A stretch of DNA of 62,590 nucleotides, counting the filler, from Sanchytrium tribonematis (taxonomy: Eukaryota), in NCBI GenBank assembly GCA_018985235.1. It is 7 parts of 7 records of this genome, joined end to end, with 100 filler letters (N's around TTAATTAATTAA, not from the genome) between each part and the next. Parts side by side here need not be neighbours in the genome. Positions count along the whole stretch, not along the records: positions 9,026 to 17,942 come from JADGIG010000353.1; positions 18,043 to 26,946 come from JADGIG010000354.1; 5 more parts are not named here. One strand, 5' to 3'. The position numbers were made by a program, and so were the translations under genes. The notes beneath the pieces are model-generated. The model worked only from the letters and a program-made list of their open reading frames with translations, was not told the origin of the DNA and did no database searches. Below, in pieces: positions 9,956 to 20,105 of this stretch (position 1 is its first letter; each line of letters begins with the position of its first letter).

Positions 9956-11518
9956 ATGAATGAACTGGCAGATTCTCTAATACAATACAAAGCAGTATCG
10001 AAACAATCTTTAGACTTAATTAGAAGTAGCGAGGATTGGATTTGTGCTCTTAAAGACATTGATTTGAAAACAATCTTCAAACTTTTGAAAAAATATAAGC
10101 CCTCATCTTCCGTGGACAGTCTTATTCGAAACCAAACTCATTTTTTAAAATATTTGGCTATAACCGTCGCTCTTCCACTAGGGCTCAATTTTATTGCCAC
10201 ATTATATGACTTGACAAGTATGAATATTCAAGAATTTGTTGTAAATATTAATGAGTTACCACTGAAATGCCTATTCACTATCGAAAGTCTCGCTTTAAAT
10301 GCCCTTGAAAATTATTCGGTTGAAGATATTCGATCCATTACATCAATGGACGCTTCATTAAATATGTCAATACTAGGAAGTCTGTACAATGAAAATTTGA
10401 TTTCTGAAGGGAAGAAAGATCAAATTTTGGATCAAAGCAGACTAATTCCTCTTTCGTGGCTTGAAAATGGGCTAGAAATAGATAAATTAAAATATGAATT
10501 AAGGCATTGTGAGAGAGTCATAATGCAGCGGGTAAAGCAAATTCTTACCCATCAATACCCTTATTTGTTTAGCATTGACAGTTTTGAAATTATAACAAAA
10601 AATGAGAATTTCGAACATGATATTGTAAGTTCTTTCGAAAAATCAAGAAAGTATCAAAATTTTTGTTTTGAACAAAATTTAGTGTTTAAAACTGGTAGTC
10701 ACGATGAGCTGGAGTTATCAAATAATTCAACCTTGTACTTATCAGATACTTTGTTTGAGAAAACTTTAGCTCATTTACTTTTTAAATTAATGAGTGATTT
10801 TATAAATGAAATTGGTCCCATTAAAAGAGAAGAGCTAATTGCGAAACCACTTAATTTTTCTAAATTCCAAATGGAAAAATATGATATTAAAACTGCAATT
10901 CAATTAATCATGGTGCTTCAAAGATCGGAATATTTCCTGGAGCTGACTTTAAATATAAATTATGCAAAAATTACAAACGAGGAAGAAATCAAGAGGCGAG
11001 AAAAGTTTTACGTTGACTTTCTTTACATTTTAAATACTTCAGTATTACTCAAAATCATGAGTCGCACTCAGCATCTTTCCGAAAAAGAAATGGGCATTGT
11101 ATCCATTGTAATTTCAAAATATATCAAAAGTTCAAAACGTAGTTTGTTGAATGTTTTAGCTTTTCAGACATTTCCACGATGTTATATCCCTTTTATTACA
11201 TTTTTCTCGAATACAATTCAGATCAACGACGTTGCAAATGATTTACTTTTACAACCTAATGCAGAAAAGGTCAAATTTGCTATAAAGCTATTGGCTTATT
11301 GTAAAAATCCAGCATTCGACTTGTACTTAGACAGACTTTTGGTCCCTGAATTGATTTATCAAGGCCACGATATTCTACAGAATCTTGTGGCTGTTCCTCA
11401 CTCAGATCAATTATCTCGTAAATTGCTTAACGCTTCATATGATAGTATTAAAGCGCATAGCTCAAATCCGCTAAATCCAATTCTCGGATCCGCTTTGGAA
11501 ACATTTATAGACATTTAA
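9956..11518 (+). CDS. Helical protein with Integrator subunit 2 (INTS2)-like C-terminal segment
   Basis: FQTFP..YIPF...DLLLQPNAEKVKFAIKLL resembles the INTS2 segment FQGYP..LLPL...ELIAQP.LEKQIFAIQLL (recalled from memory). Confidence 0.5.
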   Translation: MNELADSLIQYKAVSKQSLDLIRSSEDWICALKDIDLKTIFKLLKKYKPSSSVDSLIRNQTHFLKYLAITVALPLGLNFIATLYDLTSMNIQEFVVNINELPLKCLFTIESLALNALENYSVEDIRSITSMDASLNMSILGSLYNENLISEGKKDQILDQSRLIPLSWLENGLEIDKLKYELRHCERVIMQRVKQILTHQYPYLFSIDSFEIITKNENFEHDIVSSFEKSRKYQNFCFEQNLVFKTGSHDELELSNNSTLYLSDTLFEKTLAHLLFKLMSDFINEIGPIKREELIAKPLNFSKFQMEKYDIKTAIQLIMVLQRSEYFLELTLNINYAKITNEEEIKRREKFYVDFLYILNTSVLLKIMSRTQHLSEKEMGIVSIVISKYIKSSKRSLLNVLAFQTFPRCYIPFITFFSNTIQINDVANDLLLQPNAEKVKFAIKLLAYCKNPAFDLYLDRLLVPELIYQGHDILQNLVAVPHSDQLSRKLLNASYDSIKAHSSNPLNPILGSALETFIDI

Positions 11519-11542
11519 TACGCCAGCATCAAACAAAGGGAC

Positions 11543-12049
11543 ATGAGTAAAAATACCGGTGTCAAAGGCGTTTTGGAAGACTACCGCTTATTTAAGGAAG
11601 AAGAGCGTAAAAATTATTTGTTAGAAGCAGAGATGGCAATCAAACAAAGTAAATCACTTAGTGTTGCTCAAGAAGATTACACTTTCAGCACTAAAAAGGA
11701 AATATACTTCAATCCAAAAGAATTTATTTATGTTGATGATGAACAGTACCTATTTCATGTCGAAAATGATCATAATTATCTGTTTTTAATTATGGACCCA
11801 GAAAATGATCAACAATTTGTTTGTAACATTTTATCTACAATCACCAAGAAATATAACGTACAATGCATTGTTTATAATAGCGAACTGATAGAAGATAAGA
11901 GTGTAACACCAATGTTAATGCGAAACAATGCTTTTTTGCCTTGTTTTTTAAAAAACGATATGCATCAGATTCATGAAAAAGAGGATTTATTGAATATCAT
12001 TGACAACTCAGAGCAGCTCATGTTTCACTACAAAATTCTTTATGACTGA
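11543..12049 (+). CDS. Divergent phosducin-like protein
   Basis: N-terminal NTGVKGVLEDY matches the phosducin TGPKGVI.D motif. Confidence 0.65.
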   Translation: MSKNTGVKGVLEDYRLFKEEERKNYLLEAEMAIKQSKSLSVAQEDYTFSTKKEIYFNPKEFIYVDDEQYLFHVENDHNYLFLIMDPENDQQFVCNILSTITKKYNVQCIVYNSELIEDKSVTPMLMRNNAFLPCFLKNDMHQIHEKEDLLNIIDNSEQLMFHYKILYD

Positions 12050-12075
12050 TCACAATAAAATTTATATCTCATGCT

Positions 12076-12294
12076 ATGGAATTTGAATCTGAATTTCTCC
12101 CTTGTAAAGAAATGTCAAGTTTCCAGCAAACTATAATGGCTTTTGAGGAAAAGGAAAAAGAAGCCAAAGAGAAATGTCATTTGTTCAAAAAGAAATATGA
12201 GGAATGTTATTTAAATAAAGAGCAGGATTCTTATAGGTGTTGGAATATTAGAAAAGATTTGGTCGAGTGTCATCGAAGTATTAAAATGAAATAA
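12076..12294 (+). CDS. Twin CX9C (CHCH) small protein, probably mitochondrial intermembrane space
   Basis: C-HLFKKKYEE-C and C-WNIRKDLVE-C. Confidence 0.7.
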   Translation: MEFESEFLPCKEMSSFQQTIMAFEEKEKEAKEKCHLFKKKYEECYLNKEQDSYRCWNIRKDLVECHRSIKMK

Positions 12295-12303
12295 AAAAAT
12301 TTA

Positions 12304-13584
12304 CTAATCAAACAAATTTTTAGCATATTTGAATATTGAGGGTTTTTGGAATGACTGAGTGACTCGTTCAATACTCATTGATTTTGAGAAAGAAGATGAC
12401 GTAGAAGGCGGCCTTTGATCTTTCAATAAGTCGGTCTTGACTGGATTAGATGGATTAGGAAGTAATTCCTTAAAGGTTGTGACAGGGAAATCAGACTCTG
12501 GATTTTGAGTAACAAATTCGTATTTTGTGAATCCATCCAATTGAACCTCTGCGGGAATGTATGGAAATCTAGATGATTCCGAATTCATTTGAAAGGCCCA
12601 GGGCTGGCTCTCTAATGAAGCAAATTGCGCAGTCTGAGGTAGCTTTACATATTCTCGCACTACGGTTTGTGAGAAATATAACTTAAACAACTCATCGTCT
12701 GTAATATTAGGTAACCAGTTCTGTATTCTTATTTTTAATTTGTTTTGAAATTCTAAAAAGTTCAAAGCAGCATAAAAATCACAGATTGCCATTGCTAATT
12801 TGTTCCACATAGATATTTGTACTCTATTTGAATCAAACACAGAAGTATATTTTATAGAGTTCTTAAGGGACTCGAAAATTTCAGTTTCGATGGAATCTAA
12901 AAGGGTATGTATTGTAGGAAGATCTAATCTCGTGGAGTGTTCTTTTTTCAGGCTTTTGCAGCTATCAAGCAACTTCAGACAATAGGTAGGATCTTTGCTG
13001 GTCAAAGTCCATTTGCCATTAATACTAACGGAGCCTTCAAATACTTCATGTTTCACTTTAATATTTTCACAATACTTATCAACAACATCTACTAGAGAAT
13101 TATTGTCAAAATAACTCTTCCATTCTAACAATGATTGTAAAACTTCCAAACTTAGATCTTTACTTTCGAAGAACGATATTAAAAAAGACCAACATTCATT
13201 CAAATTCCATTTGTTCATGATCATCAAAGAGGCTAAAAGGTCTGTTGTCGGTTGATGCTTAGGGAAAAGCGATAGCTGGATTTTATACTCTTTTTTCAGA
13301 GCTCTCCTCCATAAATTTGCTTTAACACTAATAAGGTAATGCTTGATCCAATACTTTTCGTTTATACATGCATTGACAATAAAATCTAAGTAATTATCTT
13401 TCCGGTGTTGTACAACTTTTGCATCAATAGAAATCCATTCCAATGGCCGGGTCTCTATTGATAGCAGATGCTGGTAATGCTGACTTACAAGTTTTGGTAT
13501 ACTTTCCTTAGCTGATTTTGCTTCATTTTGATGCCATTCTGCTAATTGGTGAATTTCTGAAAGACTGCAATTTTTTAAATTCAT
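12304..13584 (-). CDS. Hypothetical protein with Vps51/COG1-like N-terminal coil
   Basis: AKESIPKLVSQHYQHLL resembles the KEELR.LV..RY.DL motif; 426-aa ORF. Confidence 0.4.
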   Translation of the reverse strand: MNLKNCSLSEIHQLAEWHQNEAKSAKESIPKLVSQHYQHLLSIETRPLEWISIDAKVVQHRKDNYLDFIVNACINEKYWIKHYLISVKANLWRRALKKEYKIQLSLFPKHQPTTDLLASLMIMNKWNLNECWSFLISFFESKDLSLEVLQSLLEWKSYFDNNSLVDVVDKYCENIKVKHEVFEGSVSINGKWTLTSKDPTYCLKLLDSCKSLKKEHSTRLDLPTIHTLLDSIETEIFESLKNSIKYTSVFDSNRVQISMWNKLAMAICDFYAALNFLEFQNKLKIRIQNWLPNITDDELFKLYFSQTVVREYVKLPQTAQFASLESQPWAFQMNSESSRFPYIPAEVQLDGFTKYEFVTQNPESDFPVTTFKELLPNPSNPVKTDLLKDQRPPSTSSSFSKSMSIERVTQSFQKPSIFKYAKNLFD

Positions 13585-13625
13585 ATTTGATACAAAAGGA
13601 GTATTTTGAACAACGAAGAGAAAAT

Positions 13626-14504
13626 TTATTCACTAGGCTTGTAGCCACGACCTCTACCCCTCCCCCTCCCACGGTTACGCTTTTGGTCTCTATCGGAGTG
13701 TCTGTCAGAATCTCCATTTGTCTTGGGTTTCGAATATTTCCTCTTAGAATAGCGTCTCTTCTTATCTTCGCCTTCTACAATTTGCTCCACAGATTCCGGA
13801 CTGCTATTTTCCACGGAGTGACTTACAGCTGGTGATGACGGCGACGATTGTTTGACAAGGCCAGCCCAAGTTGTGGACGTCTTTTTACGCGAAGAATATT
13901 CTGTGTGTTTATCCATCAGAACTTTGGCTTCCACATTAGCAGCGTCTAGCATAGACTGTATTCTTTCAACATTTGGATCGTCTTTTTTCAAACTAGTTGC
14001 TTTTGTAAATGGAGATTCAATTTTAACTTGTCCAATTACCATCATATGATCTTGCCACTGTAAGTGAGGGTTCGTATTAGAAAGTAAATTAAACAGATAA
14101 TAAGAATGAAGGTCTTTTTTACCTTGCTCGACATTCTTTTGCCGAAGCGTCGTTTCTTCTCTATCATCATGAATGTAATTGTTTAACGGTACAAGAGAAC
14201 TAGATGGTTTTTCATCAGTCCAATGATAAAACTCTTTTAATACAGATTGAGTTTTACTCACAGTTTCTTGATATTCTTTGGGTAGGTCTTTTAACTGAAT
14301 CGCTTGTACTTTTTGTAATGGCAAAAGGACAATTTGGGTATGCGGAATGGTGTGAAAACTTATTGGTAAAATTATTTGACACACGCATATTCCATCATGC
14401 ACACTCATTAATTGCGCATATACCGGCTCGGACAACGATCCGATAACGTGTAAAGGTAGACTTGATACATTCAGTTGTAGAAAAGAAAATGGAGGAATGG
14501 TCAT
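13626..14504 (-). CDS. LSM12: LSM12-like protein with RG-rich tail
   Basis: Lsm-like N-terminus, AD domain (LFNLLSNT....WQD..MVIGQVKIESPF), C-terminal RGRGRGRGRG. Confidence 0.7.
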   Translation of the reverse strand: MTIPPFSFLQLNVSSLPLHVIGSLSEPVYAQLMSVHDGICVCQIILPISFHTIPHTQIVLLPLQKVQAIQLKDLPKEYQETVSKTQSVLKEFYHWTDEKPSSSLVPLNNYIHDDREETTLRQKNVEQGKKDLHSYYLFNLLSNTNPHLQWQDHMMVIGQVKIESPFTKATSLKKDDPNVERIQSMLDAANVEAKVLMDKHTEYSSRKKTSTTWAGLVKQSSPSSPAVSHSVENSSPESVEQIVEGEDKKRRYSKRKYSKPKTNGDSDRHSDRDQKRNRGRGRGRGRGYKPSE

Positions 14505-14577
14505 GGCAAATGCAATGTTTTAAACTCTCCTTTTGTTGTTTTTCTGTTAAATTGTATAAAGACCCCGTTTTGGCGCA

Positions 14578-16288
14578 ATGCTTCATGTCCAATTAAACAA
14601 TGAGCAGTCTTTTGAATTGCCTGTTGATAATGGAGTAGTAAGTGCTGCTGCGTTTGGAAAATCAAGCAAGTTGAGGTTGTATGACAAGGCTTTACAAAAC
14701 ACTGTAGTAGCTAAGACTACGATAAGCAATGAATCAAGTTACAGAGGAATACCGATTGATGTGTTATTGCAACAGAGCAGCTACTTAGAAACTAGTTATT
14801 TAATCATTTATGGGGAATTACCATCTAAAAATCAGTTTGAGGCATATAAATCCAATATTTTAAAGCACACTTATGTGCATATAGATTTAAGAAAACAGCT
14901 AGAGACTTTTAGATATAACGCACATCCAACTTCAATGCTAATATCATTATTAGCTGCAACCTCCACTTTGCACCCAGAAAGCAATCCTGCACTTATGGGA
15001 GAAGCGTTATTTAAAACAGGACCACACGAAAATAAGCTTGACTCGTTTGCACTTTCTTCCCAAAAGCAAGGTGTCAGTGAAGGTGAGGCTATCAGAGATT
15101 TTGTTAGAGATAAGCAAGTTTATCGAATGATTGGTAAAATATCTACTTTGGCAGCGGCTGTTTATAGACATCGCTTGGGCAGGCCATATAATGAGCCGAA
15201 ACCAAATGCAGAAACCTATGCAGAGAATTTTTTGTACATGGTCGACAAATTAAATGAACTTGAATTTCAACCAGATGAAATTTTAATCAGCCTAATGGAC
15301 AAATTTTTTATTATCATGGCAGAAGACTCAAATGCTTGTTCTACTGCAGCCATGAGGCATCTAATAAGCTCGGGAGTTGATCCTTATTCTGCTGTTGCCG
15401 GATCCATCGCGACGTTGCTAGGTGAGAGCAAGGCATCAAATGTTTACTATTGGCTTCGATCAAATGTAAAATCGACTGCAGATATTAACAAGGCTGTCGA
15501 AATCTCACTTAAGACGTTACCTTTTGGCTTTAGCATCTCTAAGCCAGATGTAAAAACACAATGGATGGAAAACTTGTCAGAAAAGGTTTATAGTCATCTT
15601 CACAAAAAGAACGACGAAAACATATTTGAGCTATCAAGGAAATTACAAGCATCTCTAGGGTCCAAATTATTTTTAGATTTAGATTATTGGACATTTGTTT
15701 TTCTTTATTTGCTCGGATTTCCATCTGACGTATTTCCAACAATTATAGCTATTCCTAGAGTGACGGGGTTAATGGCTCACGCCTTAGAATCTATTGATGA
15801 CACTGATTACAAGATTTTCAGACCTCGTCAGATTTACACTGGTTATGAACTTCGACATTATCCTATTTCGAAGGAAGAAGCCATGTCAATCCGAAAGCGA
15901 TCTTCTGCATTAGAGCTAGTTAAAGATCAGGATTTTTCCAATGCAGCTAGAAGAAGAACAGCTGCATTTGACCATGTATTACTAGATGATATTAATCTTC
16001 AAATAGAGGAAACAAAAAAAACAATTGCTGAGATGTCCAACTCAATGTCAAAATCTAGTGGTAGGTCTCTGAGCTTTGGTTCCATATTCAAGAAGCCAGA
16101 ACCCATATCTGAAGAGGCCTTGAAAAAGACGAAATCATTGACTGAGGTTTTCCTTGCTAACTTAGAAATTACTGTTAGCTCAAGACGAATTGGACTTGCT
16201 AATGTCAAAGAAAATGGAATTGATTGCGGCTGCTGAAGAATCAGAGCACTATACCGATGCAATGGAAATTAACTTCAATAAAAAGTAA
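14578..16288 (+). CDS. Citrate synthase-fold protein lacking catalytic histidines, with coiled-coil tail, 2 exons
   Basis: YRGIPID, YLETSYLIIYGELP, AIPRVTG.MAH and RPRQIYTG are bacterial/peroxisomal-type CS motifs; intron at 16147-16165. Confidence 0.8.
16147..16165 (+). other. 19-nt intron GTTTTCCTTGCTAACTTAG
   Basis: Contains the classic GCTAAC branch motif; restores coiled-coil ...SLTE-KLLLAQDELDLL. Confidence 0.85.
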
Positions 16289-16303
16289 ATCTCCTATTTT
16301 ACG

Positions 16304-17307
16304 ATGAAAGGAATTGTTTACGAATCACCAAATTGTTTAAAGATTATTGACCAGTTATCCTTCCCCATAAGATCCAATATATTGAAGTAACCACAGTTAA
16401 GCAAGCCTACAAGGCCATTAAAAATATGAACGTGAGAGGCGCTCCTGCAATAGCTATATTTGCTTGTTTGGCTCTATCAGTTCACTTGAATCTTCACTCA
16501 AATGATAGTGAGAATGTTAATTCTTTAATTAATTTATTAAAAGAATCTAGGCCCACAGCAGTTAATCTATTTAATGCTTTGATTGATATTGAACAATTAT
16601 GTAACAATTCACAAAATGTAGCAGTTGAAATACAAAAATACGCTGAGCGTTTGCTCAAAGAAGACGAAGAGATGTGCAGCCTAATCGCTACAAATGGTAC
16701 TTCATGGATTGAGTCTAATGTAATTCAACCAAGTGAAAAAGTCTCTGTTATTACTATTTGCAATACTGGTTCATTAGCTACCGCAGGATGTGGAACGGCA
16801 TTGGGAGTGGTAAAAGATTTGCACAGTCACAATCTTTTAGATATGTGCTATTTTTTGGAAACTCGTCCTTACAATCAAGGCGCTCGATTAACTTCTATTG
16901 AATTGATGAGTGATGGTATCCCTTCAACCATGATATGCGATAGTATGGTTGCATTCTTAATTAAAAATCTTATCTCTAAAAATCAAAAATTAGTTGTAAT
17001 TGTTGGAGCAGATAGAATAACTGAAACTTCTGTGTACAACAAAATAGGTACTCTGGGGCTGAACATCATATCAACTCACTATAAAGTACCATTTTTAGTT
17101 GCTGCTCCCTCTACTACTTTCAGCAAGATATCCAAGACAGAAATTGAAGAGCGACCGCCCGAAGAAATGCTCAGCATAAACGGCCTTTACAATGACAAAG
17201 ACATTGTGAATGTTAAAATTGCTCCAGATGGAGTCACTTGTTGGAATCCTGCCTTCGATGAATTATTACGTAGTCAAGTTTCTTACATAATTACAGAGAA
17301 TTATTAA
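16304..17307 (+). CDS. MRI1: Methylthioribose-1-phosphate isomerase, with a 1-nt frameshift near 16358
   Basis: LKIIDQL / LPHK..Y...AIKNMNVRGAPAIA, RPTAVNL, CNTGSLAT, ETRPYNQGARLT, NPAFD. Confidence 0.92.
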
Positions 17308-17351
17308 TAAATAAAATTGTTTTAAACTACGTGGTTTAAAAAAGGCCAAGA

Positions 17352-17942
17352 ATGCAATTTAGTTCAAATTTAAAAGACTGTCTATTCAATTCAAATAAAA
17401 TTTACTCTGAAAAAGAAATAAAATCAGTGTGCATTAATGCAGTGAAAGTCAGGTCAAGTTTGGAATCTGGAAATTCTGTGGAAATGCAATGCCTCAAAAT
17501 TTTGTTTCCAGAATTATGCTCTTTTAAGCTGTTATTGTTATGTGAATGCGATAAAAGTATTCCAGATCCATTGTCTATGGTTTGGCATTGGAGAATGAAT
17601 TCAAGGCATATGGTGCAAAAAAGGGAAATTAATGCTTTCATGCTATTTAAAATGGATATTTCAAAATTGTTTGACGCTTCCAAATCTATTGGGCAAACAT
17701 CCGATCAAAAGCACATGAATAAGTTCTACAGTAAGTTGTGGAACTTTTTAAAATCTGAAATTGAATTCGAGAAAATTTATCAGTTTTATGTACAATTAAG
17801 CAAAAGAGGCAAGGTCTTGGACCAGAGTTTCATCGAAAAACGATTTCTTGTTTTGGGTGCTGTTAACGCGGTATTGGCAGTTAAGGATTTAGGATTAGTC
17901 GTCAGCGATAAAGAATATCATGATCTAATTGTTCAAATTAGC
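17352..17942 (+). CDS. Hypothetical protein, 3' truncated
   Basis: Open frame from ATG to the linker; no family recognised. Confidence 0.5.
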
Positions 17943-18042
17943 NNNNNNNNNNNNNNNNNNNNNNNNNNNNNNNNNNNNNNNNNNNNTTAATTAATTAANN
18001 NNNNNNNNNNNNNNNNNNNNNNNNNNNNNNNNNNNNNNNNNN
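17943..18042. other. Artificial contig linker
   Basis: N44-TTAATTAATTAA-N44. Confidence 0.99.
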
Positions 18043-19637
18043 ATCTTGTTGATAAAATGAATTCCGCTCTTACATTCTGTTATGTATAGAGAATCGGATA
18101 AAACAAATAGACTAGTTGAGCATGAAGCAAATGTAATAGGAATGGGGCCTAAAGAGATATTTTGAATAATTTTTTGGTTCTCAAAAATATATACTTTTCC
18201 TTCTATAGAACCTACCAGCAGGAAGCTATTATGAATAATTACTGAAGATATACTTTCTGCAATGTGATGCTTCATGGTCCTTTCCTGAAATTTCCCTGTC
18301 ACAAAATGTATTTCGAACTCCGTAGCAACAATGATAGATTCATCATTTGAGCATAGTGCCTGGATGGCGTCATCAAAATCGATAAAAAGTAAAGGAAGCA
18401 TGTTTTCTATAATAAAAATTGACGTTTCTTGAACGATGTAGACATTATTTTGAAAGTGAAGCGAAGCTTGAATGGAACTGCTTTCTTCATATTTTAATTG
18501 TACTTTTGACTCCCGATCTATCATAATAATCATAAATTTTGTAATTTGAATGATATATTTTCCATTACAGAAAGCATTCGAAGTTGGAAACTCTGTGGCA
18601 ATGTTGACTTCTCTTGAAATATCCTTAAATGTGGATACCTCAATTAATCTAGAACCATTCGAAAAACTTAACAATATCATGTCGTCTATTATAAAGGATG
18701 CTAGAATGACTGACTTGGTTTCGATAGTTGTAAAAATATCCTTTCTTTGGTCATAATTCAGTTTAACCAATTGATGGTTCACAATAGCTCGACCTGATGG
18801 ATCATAGCAAGTCATATGTCTTGAGTCCATCTCAACTATAGATAGATTAGACATGTCAATCTGTATACAGGGTGAACATTCTGACCAGCAAAATAATAAG
18901 TTTTCGATAAATTTGCCATAACACCCCGCCGTGAAGGGATGGTAATGAAAGGCCCCACTTTGCTTGTCAAACTCTAACAGATGATTCATTGCGTTAAAAA
19001 TATATATGGAAGACTCACTATTAGCCATTGAAATTGGATTTTTAGTATCGAAGTGCATTGTGTGGATCTCATACTCTTCTAATGAATCCAGCTGGATCTC
19101 ATAAAGGCAATTAGATGATAAAACTAGTAGATAGTCACTTTTGCACACAGAAAAGCACCGGCCTTCTAGATTTATGGATTTTAATAAAGTGTATTGCGAA
19201 TAGCACAATAGCACACTCTGTGCTTGACATTTTACTAAAGCTATAGTAACTGGCTGAGAATCAACTTCTATGGTCAGAATATCAATTATTATCCCATTAA
19301 TTCGGTCGAAATCATCTATTTCTACCTCGGATAATTGATCAAATGCAATTTCTGATAACGTTGCAACTGCCAAGTACTCACCTAATGAGTCCCCATAGAG
19401 GCAAGATTTTGAAATCCCTTTGTATAATTTACCTTCAAAATCGTACAACCCAAGATCACCAAGTATATACTTGTCAATAAATTTTATAGGGTGAAAATTA
19501 CATTCTGTGTAGCTGATTTTTGATCCCGATCGTATTTCCAAATGATCAGTAAATAATATGTACAAGGTGTTACTGATTTTACATACATCCAGACAAGTTG
19601 CTTCCTTGGACAATTTCTGCAAGACTCCTTTAATCAT
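18043..19637 (-). CDS. DDB1/RSE1/CPSF1-family multi-beta-propeller protein, divergent, 3' truncated
   Basis: DMILLSFSNGSRLI...IATEFPT......IIQITK and LLVGSIEGKV match MMS1_N-type propeller segments. Confidence 0.6.
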
Positions 19638-20105
19638 CGATTAAAAGGGGAGATATTGGAGGACAAATATACTAATTAGCAAAATGGAAGGCTGTTAGTT
19701 CTATTATCATTGCAATTCTTTTGTATTTACACAGGGGAGATGTTGAATACTTTTACATTCAAAATAGCTACACAATTAAATTGCTTAAAGATTTATTGAT
19801 CCTACTTTAGTAAAGGAAATCCACATTGTCATAGTCACTTGATTTAAAATAGTAGCACATGACTGATGAGTATCAATCAGAATTTAAGAAAACCCCATTG
19901 GTGTCGCTAAATGAGTGGGCTAAAAGATAACTTGGCACACGCCTTAAATCAATTGGCGGCAATCCGAGAATTTTTTTTATGGTGAACGTTTGCCACCTGA
20001 TCAAAGAATCATTCCAGTGCGATCTCTTTCAATCCAAGTTAGATGTTACTTACAAACAATTTGAAGGAATTTGAAGGTAAAGTTGAATAAATTTTATTTG
20101 AAACA

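Noticed and set aside
19855..19910. CTGATGA...GAAA hammerhead-like core in a long intergenic spacer
   Set aside because: No stem II closing pair (no CGAAA) and no stems I/III found.
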